A stretch of DNA of 64,000 nucleotides from a virus. Its lineage: Duplodnaviria; Caudoviricetes. The notes under the pieces were generated by a model. The model saw nothing but the letters and a program-made list of their open reading frames with translations, searched no databases and was not told where the DNA came from. The stretch spans positions 96,001-160,000 of the IMG/VR virus record IMGVR_UViG_3300031994_000011; one strand, written 5' to 3'. Positions 51,943 to 60,545 of this stretch are shown here, in pieces (the stretch's first letter is position 1; every line of letters begins with the position of its first letter). Both the position numbers and the translations under genes were made by a program.

Positions 51943-52218
51943 CATTTATATTCCATTAAATTCGCTACATTTAATGCGTTCTTTTATGAACTGCTATATG
52001 TTTCCATATAGATTAGACTATATCTTCATCTTATTAAAAGATGCTCCCTTTTTCAGACACCAAACGCTTGTATCTTACATAATAGTCGTTGAACCTTTTC
52101 GTAAAGAAAAATCTATAAAATTCTTTACAAACTTGGCTGCGGATTACCTTTTAATACGGCTTCCCGCAATTTAAGGAGTTATTGCCCTGTCATCACTGGC
52201 AGGCGGGGCAAGCTGTTC
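51943..52218 (-). mobile_element. ORF-less group I intron (276 nt) in terL
   Basis: Exon GGGGU pairs with GCCCC; AAATTGCGGGAA, AATCCGCAGCCAAG, GTTCAACGACTA and AAGATATAGTCT core elements; ends in G; splicing restores YLIGV|DVAR. Confidence 0.92.
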
Positions 52219-53237
52219 ACCCCTATCAGATAAAATGTGTTTTTATTAACAGGATTCTCTTGTGCTTTTTTTTCACATTTTAATAAAGTTCTTCTTTTTG
52301 CTAATTTTTTAGAGTCAAGCCAAGCCTATTTATTATTACCAGTCCATAGACTTAAACTTTCACGAGAAAAGCTTTCATCAGACACGGTAGCTGAATAACG
52401 CTGGTCCATCATGGTTGCTCTATCCAAAAGACCATAATGAAGAGGAACTTCATAACTTAAACCCCATACAAAATACTATCTTGGGCGCAAAACAGCATTT
52501 ACAGCACACTAAATTAACTTACTATACATGAATACTGTCTTTTCGCGCGCGGTAGTAATAAAAATTTGAGGAGAAGTAGGTTCTTCTGGATTAAGTGTTC
52601 CATCAACCTATCTACGAGCAACGTTCATTTGAGGAAGCAAAACTTCCGTGTAATCTGTTTCTTCTATTGTCGCGGCCTACTCTAAAATACCGCATGTCGC
52701 GCGCAAACCACGGCTCGTGTCTTTTGAAACAACCGTTATATTACTACCATTTTTAAAATGTAATTCATAATAGTTACCACTCTTTTTCTAACCAGTTTTA
52801 CCATCATCAAGGCGAGTAGTAAGCTATTTTCTTAATAAAGGCCAATGACGAAAAATTTCTTCAAATTTAGCTTCAGCAATTTTTATTACTGTACCTTTTA
52901 CGTCAGAGGCGATGAATATGTTAGAGTTAGGAAGTAGGACGGCGCGCACAACAGCACTAAGATAAGCGGTAAAAGACTTGGATGTCGCGCGTGTAGCAGT
53001 CCAAAAATGGTATCTGTAACGCATTGATGCGCGCAAAGCAATTCGTTGAAAAAGAAACAAATGAAAATGCTTAGCATCACTAGAATCTTGAATTTCATCA
53101 AGAAAGCAATCAGGATAAAGAAGCCAATAGTTTAAATATTTTGTAAATAACTATTTATTAGCATCTAAAAAAGATTTCGTTAATACTACGCCTTTCTAAA
53201 TTGGTATTCCATTTCTGTAAGCTACTTCTTCAGCCAT
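52219..53237 (-). CDS. terL: Terminase large subunit, exon 1 (ATPase domain)
   Basis: FQRIALR, Walker-A-like TRATSKS, SRGLRATCGILE[TAG] Walker B, IFITTA coupling motif; exons sum to 599 codons. Confidence 0.9.
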
Positions 53238-54166
53238 TATACCAATTCACCTGCCAACTCATCCTATCCCTAATAATCAACATCGGCAGTACTGTCAAAC
53301 TAGACAGCTTCGTTCTCAATTTCTTCAAGGCGCTAAGTAATGTTGAAGCGTTCTTTTCTATCCTCAACTTGCTATGCGAAATTACCTTCATTTACTACTA
53401 ATCTCTTTAAATAATTCTGTATATTCTGCATACAAAAATCAATATCATCTTTAGGCTAAGAAACCCATTTAGGATGCCAACCAAGTTTTCCATAATAAAC
53501 CATTAGTTCACCTACTGACTCAAAGTCAGCGGCATTTTTCGCGTTAGAGGCTTCAAACTTGGCTATTTTAATAATGTTATCGCGGGCATCCATATCCTTT
53601 TTTATATCATGCCCCTCCCGCAAGCCTCTCTTTATGCGTAACTAAATTTCGCATAGGTCGCGCGCGTACTATTGTAAAATAGGAGTAGAAACGTTTTGCG
53701 TAGCAATAATCTTATTATAGTAATCCTAAAGAAAAAGCAATTCTTCCTTTGTATATGTGGAGGACCAAGTTTTTTTTAGTCGCGCAATTTTAGCACTTGA
53801 AAGAGCTTCAATTTCTTCATCTATTGTACCTTCTTCGCGCGCTAAGCGCCAACGCTAATTTTCATCGCTCCATTGTAGGGCTTGATAATGCTAATCTAGT
53901 AACGTATTAAAGTAGGCCGTTAAGGTATGATCTTTATGTATTTTATAAAGTGATGTCCATTTATTTAAATCAAATGGCACATCAAGATATCTGCATAACC
54001 TATCTACCTATCCTAAGTTTTCTTGGTCTATCATTACTTCTAAGCAGGAAGTACAAATTAACGATCTATGGGAAGGAAAAAATTTGGAAGGCGTATATTG
54101 AAATTCACTTTCTGGCTTCTATGACTTGCATCGCATGCAACGTCGGGTCTTTGGAACGTTTGTCAT
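53237..54166 (-). CDS. Putative terminase small subunit with N-terminal Zn finger, TAG-recoded
   Basis: CMRC..CTSC, YLDVPF, LKKTW..LLFL[TAG]DYY; stop overlaps terL start. Confidence 0.6.
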
Positions 54167-55424
54167 ACTTGTTCTGCACCCCCCGTTCTATTCTTCTCTT
54201 CTTCTCGCATTCCTTACACACAGAAGAGAAGTGGTCTTTTCTACTATTATTTACACCAAAGAAGACAGTATCGCGTGGAAACACGCGGCCGCATCGAATA
54301 CAAGCTTTCTGCTCTTCTATTGGTGTTTCTATAAGTAAGCGATTCTTCTTTGCCGTAATAGCAATTGCGTTTGGTATTTCGCGCGCAAATATGTTACTTA
54401 AGTAGTTTTCGTTGTACTTTAGGCCAAAGCGCGCGAGCAGTTCCTCTATTATTTCTGGATATACCATTTTTTTAATTTTCATATCAAGCAAGGCATTACG
54501 TATAGGCGAGAAATTACACATCTAGCGGTAGCGCTAAAAGTCAAAAATTAGGGTGCGGCCGTAGGTCTAAAATTTTTCATGCATGTATTCATAAAGTGCC
54601 TGATAATTATTTATCAAGGCTCTTATGTGGGCTGGGTTCTCCCAGTCAAATGTATGTTGGCGCACTACCCATTTTATCATCCCGTCCTACCTTACCTCAT
54701 AGTCCTTTAAATTTTTTGAAATTGAGCTAAGTAGCGCGTCATCTACTTTTTGCTGCCACTACTATTGTGTTACCCAATAAAAGGAATCAGCGGTCCAATC
54801 TACGAATTGGGCGCGAGGCTTGTCAGCCGCCATAAAGTGTATGGTGGGCTTGTAGGCATCTTTAAGATAGTATTGGTGCTTACGCAGGTCCGCTAACTGA
54901 TGTTTTAATTGATAAAGGCGATAGGAGTCAGGTAGAAAGTAGGTGTTCTCGTCAGGCGGCAGCTTCCCTTCATTTATGGCTACTAACTTTTCTATGCGCT
55001 CAATAGATTGCCAAAGGTCGCGCATACCGGGGATGTCGCTGTCGCCCGGATCTAGTAACTCGCCTGTCTTCTTATCAAATTTGGGATGATTTATTACGGG
55101 CTTGGGATTGGTGTAGGGCCGCCGTATGTTCGCCGGATGTAGGTCTTGCTGGTTTGTTGAAGGATTCTAAAGGAGCTAATCTAGGGAAAGGTTTTTGTCG
55201 TCTTTTTTCTTGAAGGTTGCGTAACGTTTATGGCCATCTGTTACCTATCCTCGTTGGACAGCATTATAACCTTCTTCATCTTTTCCGTATAGTATGTAGG
55301 ACCCCATTTGGTCTAACTAGTCTGGGGTGGGCGGTTTTTCTAATTGACTTAAAATTTGTTTTACAGCAGCCACGCGGTCGGTGTCTCGCTGGATGCTGTA
55401 ATCCAGGGTGTATGCTTTTTTCAA
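54105..55424 (-). CDS. First gene of virion operon, hypothetical protein with C-terminal Zn finger, TAG-recoded
   Basis: TTG start after GGAGG; fragments 54762 and 54105 in frame; CIRC..CKEC. Confidence 0.7.
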
Positions 55425-55462
55425 TATCTACGCCTCCATTTTAAATCCTTACTTATAGCTTA

Positions 55463-55491
55463 ATTTTAACATATTTTGGAGAAATTGTCAA
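55463..55491 (-). promoter_or_regulatory. Sigma-A-type promoter heading the virion operon
   Basis: TTGACA-17-TAAAAT with TG extension, about 40 bp upstream of first gene. Confidence 0.7.
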
Positions 55492-55502
55492 ATATTGGGC
55501 TT

Positions 55503-55541
55503 AAAGTTCATTTTTAAAAAGGTAAAGTTCATTTTTAAAAA
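55503..55541. repeat. Tandem 18-bp direct repeat AAAGTTCATTTTTAAAAA
   Basis: Two copies 21 bp apart at the low-GC/high-GC junction. Confidence 0.75.
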
Positions 55542-55632
55542 AGTTGGTGGAATTTGGACACCCGCGGGTGACGGAGCAGTTAGAAGTCCCTAACCGCCTG
55601 AATGTAACCGGGGCGGTTACACTAAAAGCTAC

Positions 55633-55669
55633 AAAAAAGCGGGGACGGCTTTTTATCCGTTCCCGCTTT
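55633..55669 (-). terminator. Intrinsic terminator
   Basis: AAAGCGGGAACGG..CCGTCCCCGCTTT + T run. Confidence 0.75.
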
Positions 55670-55688
55670 GCTGTTTTCGCACTGCTTT

Positions 55689-56483
55689 TTACTTTTTCAA
55701 AACGTCTGAGAGAGTAACAAAGCGTCCGTTTTCGATGGCCTGTTGAAAAGCGTTATATTTTCCCGCATTGTATTGCGACATAACCTTGCCCGCTTTGATG
55801 GTTAAACCTTTTCCCGATGTAAGGCCGTCAATATCGGATTGAAATTGTCTTTTATCAGTCCATACACAAACATAATTTTTTACATAATTGATAGCGCCGT
55901 CAATGTCGAATTTTTCGCAAAGTTTATAAATGTTCTCTTTGTCAATGTCATCAAACATTCCATAAACAACGGTATCAAAGTTTCCCGCCATAAAGTCAAA
56001 AACCGTCGCTTGTGTCCATGTCTTGCCGTTGTGCCCGCATTCGATAACACCAAACCGTTTAGAGATAATGTCGTTATGCAAAGCGTCTTTTACATAAAGC
56101 ATAGACGGGCGAATAAAGGCGAATTTACAAACAAGCGCGCAACGGACGAGAACTTCAAGTAAATCACCAAACGCGCCTTTGTCGTTGTCCATTTTATAGC
56201 CTTCTCTTTTACAAACAGCTACGAACGCAATATAATCAATAACGGTTATTTTCCCTTTTTCCATTGCGTAGCGCGTAACTGCGGAATAAGTAAAGGCGTT
56301 CAATGCGCTTTCGCTTTCGGACGGGAAAACTGCAGGGAATTTATCCATGCAATCATTGATAATTGCGTCTGACTCAGTTTCACAATTCAGGAAGGAACAC
56401 AGAGCCTCCGGATTAATTTTTTCAATCATTGCGCGGACGGTGTTTTTTTGCAGGGTAGAGAGGGTATAACGTTCGGTATTCAT
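55689..56483 (-). CDS. Hypothetical protein, 264 aa, no TAG
   Basis: ORF track; own promoter (TTGCAA-17-TAGAAT at about 56538-56566) and terminator. Confidence 0.8.
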   Translation of the reverse strand: MNTERYTLSTLQKNTVRAMIEKINPEALCSFLNCETESDAIINDCMDKFPAVFPSESESALNAFTYSAVTRYAMEKGKITVIDYIAFVAVCKREGYKMDNDKGAFGDLLEVLVRCALVCKFAFIRPSMLYVKDALHNDIISKRFGVIECGHNGKTWTQATVFDFMAGNFDTVVYGMFDDIDKENIYKLCEKFDIDGAINYVKNYVCVWTDKRQFQSDIDGLTSGKGLTIKAGKVMSQYNAGKYNAFQQAIENGRFVTLSDVLKK

Positions 56484-56634
56484 AGGATACCTTCTTTCCG
56501 GGCTTTTGCCCTAAAATTGCCTTTTCGGCTATAAGTATTCTATCATAGATAAAAACAGATTGCAAGCTTTTTTTTGAAATTCCATATGTTAACACTTTTC
56601 CATTAATTGACATTTACATATATTGACAATCATT

Positions 56635-56698
56635 TTAGCACTCACTTAAAAAGAGTGCTAACAATTTTTTGTTAGCACTCTCTACCAGTGAGTGCTAA
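56635..56698. promoter_or_regulatory. Two perfect CIRCE elements (HrcA operators)
   Basis: TTAGCACTC-N9-GAGTGCTAA at 56635-56661 and 56672-56698. Confidence 0.93.
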
Positions 56699-56704
56699 TA
56701 TTTC

Positions 56705-56788
56705 ATGAAACGTTTCATCATTTCATTATTTTCATGAAACGTTTCATAGAGCATTTCATCATTTCATCGTTTTCATGAAACGTTTCAC
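56705..56788. promoter_or_regulatory. Three LacI/GalR-family operator-like palindromes ATGAAACGTTTCA(T/C)
   Basis: Copies at 56705, 56734, 56775. Confidence 0.65.
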
Positions 56789-56812
56789 GCGGTTACCACC
56801 ATAAAATGAAAA

Positions 56813-57018
56813 TATTACGAAAATGTTACGATTGTAATACTTTTGTAACAATTTTTTTGTACTTTTTGGCCATTTTTTGACCATAAACGCCTTGGATGTA
56901 ATACATCCAAAGCTGAAGGTTGCATTTTTGAGTCAAAAATGCTATAATTAGATGATGGAAGGAGCTTCCAGAGTCTGTAAATGTTACGGAAATGTTACAA
57001 TTGTAACAGAATCGTAAC
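56813..57018. promoter_or_regulatory. WalR/OmpR-family direct-repeat boxes (TGTWAH-N5-TGTWAH)
   Basis: TGTAAT-acttt-TGTAAC 56833-56849 and TGTTAC-ggaaa-TGTTAC 56982-56998; one-mismatch copies at 56813 and 57002. Confidence 0.6.
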
Positions 57019-57110
57019 AATTCCAGAAACTGGTGGATCCGCCCACCAGAGGCAGGCGCCAGCGGCGCCGCCGCTCTCCCGTCTCCCGCCTGGTCCCTAA
57101 TATATACGAA

Positions 57111-57173
57111 GGAGCTGGAGCTGGAAGCTGGAGCTGGAAAACGGAGCTGGAGCTGGAGCTGAAGAAAGGAGCT
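57111..57173 (+). repeat. GGAGCT hexamer repeat tract in 5' leader
   Basis: Seven exact GGAGCT plus variants, ending in the RBS of gene 57180. Confidence 0.85.
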
Positions 57174-57179
57174 ACAACA

Positions 57180-57344
57180 ATGAAGAGCTACGAAATCATC
57201 TACAACAGGGCGCGGAAAGAATTTAATGTCTGGGCGATCGGAAGCAACGGCAACGCGGAGATCGTCAAGCGGGCCACCACAAAAAGGAGTTATGAATTGT
57301 GGCTCATGCGTAAGGGCGTGAGCAATTGGACCGATAGAACGTGA
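57180..57344 (+). CDS. Small early protein (distant paralog of 58867/60168)
   Basis: RBS AAAGGAG; YNRARKEFNVW..IVKRATT. Confidence 0.75.
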   Translation: MKSYEIIYNRARKEFNVWAIGSNGNAEIVKRATTKRSYELWLMRKGVSNWTDRT

Positions 57345-57499
57345 ACCTTGCTCATGGTCCGGCCGAAGGCGACAAGCCTTCGGCCTTTCACAATTTGGAT
57401 GTAATACATCCAAAGTTACTCGTTGACACCCGATGGACATCGGGTGTATAATAAGACCATAGAAAGAGGTCAACCTCTTACCGAAAGGAGATCACCACA

Positions 57500-57655
57500 A
57501 TGAAAACCACCACCACTTACGCCGTTATCACTTGCGACACCTTCCGCACGATCAAGTCCGGCTTCAAGACTTGGGAAGGCGCGTATGAATGGATGCTCGC
57601 GCATGACTGGGGCCAGTACGAACTTGAGGGCGGCCTTTACGTGATCAAGTGCTAA
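57500..57655 (+). CDS. Small early protein, 51 aa
   Basis: Promoter, RBS GAAAGGAG, MKTTTTYAVITCD.. Confidence 0.75.
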   Translation: MKTTTTYAVITCDTFRTIKSGFKTWEGAYEWMLAHDWGQYELEGGLYVIKC

Positions 57656-57831
57656 GCGCGCCGATCACGCAAAATCCGGGCACCGTGAGAAATCACGATG
57701 TCCAAAGTAATTGGATGTAATACATCCAAGTTTTCAGAGCATTTGAGAAAAAAATTTCTTGATATTATTGTCATGCTATAATATAATATAATTGTCCTAA
57801 GGGACAGAATAAAAGAAAGAAGGAAAAAATC

Positions 57832-58035
57832 ATGTTTAATGAACTGAATGTCGAACTCGCCGTTGTTTTTGCCCATTATGCGGAACACAGGGATTCTCGC
57901 GTTGCTTTCCTCGGCAGGAAGGCCGATCATGAAGAACTGACCGATGTGGAAATGACCGAATACATCAACCGCCTTGAGCGTCTATACAAGCAATTTCGCG
58001 CTGAACGCGCCGCCCTCCTCGGGGAAAAGGGCTAA
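57832..58035 (+). CDS. Small early protein
   Basis: ORF track; RBS and terminator. Confidence 0.78.
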   Translation: MFNELNVELAVVFAHYAEHRDSRVAFLGRKADHEELTDVEMTEYINRLERLYKQFRAERAALLGEKG

Positions 58036-58173
58036 GGCCCTTTTTCTTTTTTCACGAAAGTTGGATGTAATACATCCAAAAAGCGACCGTTGACAACCGT
58101 TCCCGGTTGTGGTATAATGGGCGTAGCCCGAGAGGGAAAGGGGAACACCACCACCAAAGGAGGATTATTAAAC

Positions 58174-58419
58174 ATGTCTAAAAACACTTTTGATTGCATT
58201 GACTTCCGCACCGCTCGCCGCCTTGCTGCTCACGGCTGGACTATTTTTTCACGCGATACCGGTGAAGGCTGGCAATGGAACACGGCGGCCTGCTCTGCGC
58301 GTCACATCCGTCGCGGCATGAGCGGACAGCCGGACGAGATTCGCGCTTGTCTCGCGTGGCTTGGGAAGAGCCAACCGAAGGTCTTGACTTTTAAGGCTAA
58401 AAAAGAAAAATGGGAATAA
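58174..58419 (+). CDS. Small early protein
   Basis: RBS AAAGGAGG, MSKNTFDC start. Confidence 0.78.
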   Translation: MSKNTFDCIDFRTARRLAAHGWTIFSRDTGEGWQWNTAACSARHIRRGMSGQPDEIRACLAWLGKSQPKVLTFKAKKEKWE

Positions 58420-58531
58420 TCCCATTTTTCTTTTTTCAATAACTTTGGATGTAATACATCCAAAGTGCTCTCTTGCATAATCCAAAGGATTATGCTAAAA
58501 TAAGACATAATCAGAAAGGAGGTCAGTAAAA

Positions 58532-58705
58532 ATGACCGAACAAGTTTACTACTACATGAATAAAGAACACGGTTACTTGGTTACAGGATGGGAACTTTAC
58601 AGTGACGCATTATCTATGCACTATGATGATATCACAGATCCGACAAGTGTCGAATACCTTAACTTTTCTCTTCACTATACTAAAACAAGGTATGTGGCAA
58701 AGTGA
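58532..58705 (+). CDS. Small early protein, 57 aa
   Basis: RBS GAAAGGAGGT, MTEQVYYY.. Confidence 0.72.
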   Translation: MTEQVYYYMNKEHGYLVTGWELYSDALSMHYDDITDPTSVEYLNFSLHYTKTRYVAK

Positions 58706-58866
58706 TCACAAGTAAAAAGTAAATAAAGACAATGAATAAGAGAGAATACAATAAGTATTCTCTCTTTTATATATACCATAATTGGATGTAATACATCCAA
58801 AAAGAGTAGTTGACAACGTTGTTGTCAACTGTTATAATGGTATCATCAAAGAAGGAGGTAAGTACA

Positions 58867-59001
58867 ATGACTTACACAAAACAGTACAACAAAGTAAGGA
58901 ATGAATGGTGGATATTCAAGGTAACAGCAACAGGTTCCGAACTGATCAAGGTGTTCAAGACTGAAGGTTCCGCAGACAAGTGGATTGCAAAGCATATGTA
59001 A
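58867..59001 (+). CDS. Small early protein, 44 aa (paralog of 60168)
   Basis: RBS AAGGAGGT; KQYNKVRNEWWIFKVT..KVFKTE. Confidence 0.8.
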   Translation: MTYTKQYNKVRNEWWIFKVTATGSELIKVFKTEGSADKWIAKHM

Positions 59002-59140
59002 TACGCAGGCCTTCGGGCCTTGCGAAAGTTGGATGTAATACATCCAAAATGAAAATGATCGAAGGGGTTGACATTCTCTATTGATAGGTGTATAATGAGT
59101 GTAGTTCCAAGAGGGACACAAAAAGAAGGAGGACACAAAA

Positions 59141-59308
59141 ATGTTGAAAGTTTACAATAAGGCCACCTACCGCTTCGGCGAAATCATCGACGGTGAGACC
59201 ACCGAACAGGGTGAGAGCTGGATCCTCGTCCGCTGGGATTGCAGTCCTTTGTATCCCGACTGGATCGACGCGGCCGACGATCGTTACACTATCATTGATC
59301 GCCGTTAA
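59141..59308 (+). CDS. Small early protein, 55 aa
   Basis: RBS AAGGAGG; terminator follows. Confidence 0.75.
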   Translation: MLKVYNKATYRFGEIIDGETTEQGESWILVRWDCSPLYPDWIDAADDRYTIIDRR

Positions 59309-59437
59309 AAAAAGCAAGGCGAAAGCCTTGCTTTTTTCTACGCATAATTGGATGTAATACATCCAAAAAGCGTACTTGCAATCTTGTCTTGTTTGTGCTA
59401 TACTTGTACCATAAAGAAAGCAAGGGAGGCCATCACA

Positions 59438-59740
59438 ATGTTGGAAATGCTCAAGTCTCTGAAAAACTCTGACGGCGCAACTCTGAAAAATTACAAGTCT
59501 GTTTCTTACAAGACTGGTTGGCAAGTAGCCGATCACGGGCTGGAATGCCGCACCGCGGAGGAAGCTGCTGCCGCGATTGACTCTTTCAATGGGAGCTGCG
59601 GGATCTGGTACGAAAACGGCGTGTATTACATCGATCACAGCTTCCGCGTCAAGACGAAAAAGGAAGCTCTTTCCATCGGCCGCGCGCACAATCAAATTTC
59701 CATCTTGAAATGGTCCGATATGTCTCTGGTGTACTGCTAA
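59438..59740 (+). CDS. Early protein, 100 aa
   Basis: RBS GGGAGG; GIWYENGVYYID..GRAHNQISILKW. Confidence 0.8.
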   Translation: MLEMLKSLKNSDGATLKNYKSVSYKTGWQVADHGLECRTAEEAAAAIDSFNGSCGIWYENGVYYIDHSFRVKTKKEALSIGRAHNQISILKWSDMSLVYC

Positions 59741-59866
59741 GGCAGTACCCAGTTTCAGCATTTGGATGTATTACATCCAAAAACTCCTCTTGACTTTATG
59801 TGGTGGTTGTAGTATTATATACTTGTCCGAAGGGAAAAAACAGATTTTCAAGGAGGTTTATTAACT

Positions 59867-60067
59867 ATGTCTTATTCTTACGAACTGACCGCCCGTTTCC
59901 CCGTCATGGTCCGCGTGTACACCAGCGCCGGCGAGATCGTCGAACATTGCGCGCGCTCTCTCCGCGCCGCGCATGGGTGGTTTGCGCATTGCGCGGCCGA
60001 AGAATACTTTGAAGGACACCCCGTGCGGGTGGAATATGAATTTTACGAAGGGTACAGGTGGGGATAA
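59867..60067 (+). CDS. Small early protein
   Basis: RBS AAGGAGGT; ORF track. Confidence 0.75.
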   Translation: MSYSYELTARFPVMVRVYTSAGEIVEHCARSLRAAHGWFAHCAAEEYFEGHPVRVEYEFYEGYRWG

Positions 60068-60167
60068 CCCACCTGTTGTTTTTTGGATGTAATACATCCA
60101 AAAAGGACTCTTGACTGTATTTCCCCTTTATGCTATAATGATACCATCAAAGAAGGAGGTAACAGCA

Positions 60168-60302
60168 ATGAGGTATGTGAAGCAGTTTAACAAGGCGCGC
60201 AAGGAATGGTGGATTTTCCGCGTGACGATGGACGGCGCCGAACTGACGAAGGTTTTTAAGACGGAAAAAGCTGCCGACAGCTGGATCCGCAAAAACACTT
60301 AA
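60168..60302 (+). CDS. Small early protein, 44 aa (paralog of 58867)
   Basis: KQFNKARKEWWIFRVT..KVFKTE; near-identical leader. Confidence 0.8.
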   Translation: MRYVKQFNKARKEWWIFRVTMDGAELTKVFKTEKAADSWIRKNT

Positions 60303-60545
60303 GAGCTGGGCGGTATAACCGCCCAATTTCATTTTATTTTTGTTTTAATGATATTAAAAAAATTGTATATATAAAAATTATAAAATAAAACCCCACTCAA
60401 TTTCATTTTTAAATATAATAAAAATTTTCAAAAATGAAAATTGGATGTAATACATCCAAAACCACCCCTTGACTTTATAGACCGGTTATGCTATTATATA
60501 CTTGTCCGAAGGGACAAGAGATAAAAAAGAAAGAAGGACACAAAA

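Noticed and set aside
8052-53237. Standard phage code 15 (TAG=Gln) or pyrrolysine
   Set aside because: Three independent catalytic Glu sites and many conserved Glu motifs are TAG, and no pyl genes were seen. Disfavoured rather than disproved; mixed Glu/Gln decoding remains possible.
11772-55424. Massive pseudogenisation or sequencing error in the structural region
   Set aside because: Breaks checked are in-frame TAG, frames are preserved over kilobases, and RBSs and gene overlaps are intact. This is recoding, not decay.
17135-55444. Short + strand ORFs within the virion operon (e.g. 21604, 25171, 37147, 43006, 53950)
   Set aside because: Antisense shadows of the long recoded minus-strand genes
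60330-60440. AT-rich spacer as replication origin
   Set aside because: No iterons or DnaA boxes recognised; only an AT tract between a terminator and a palindrome
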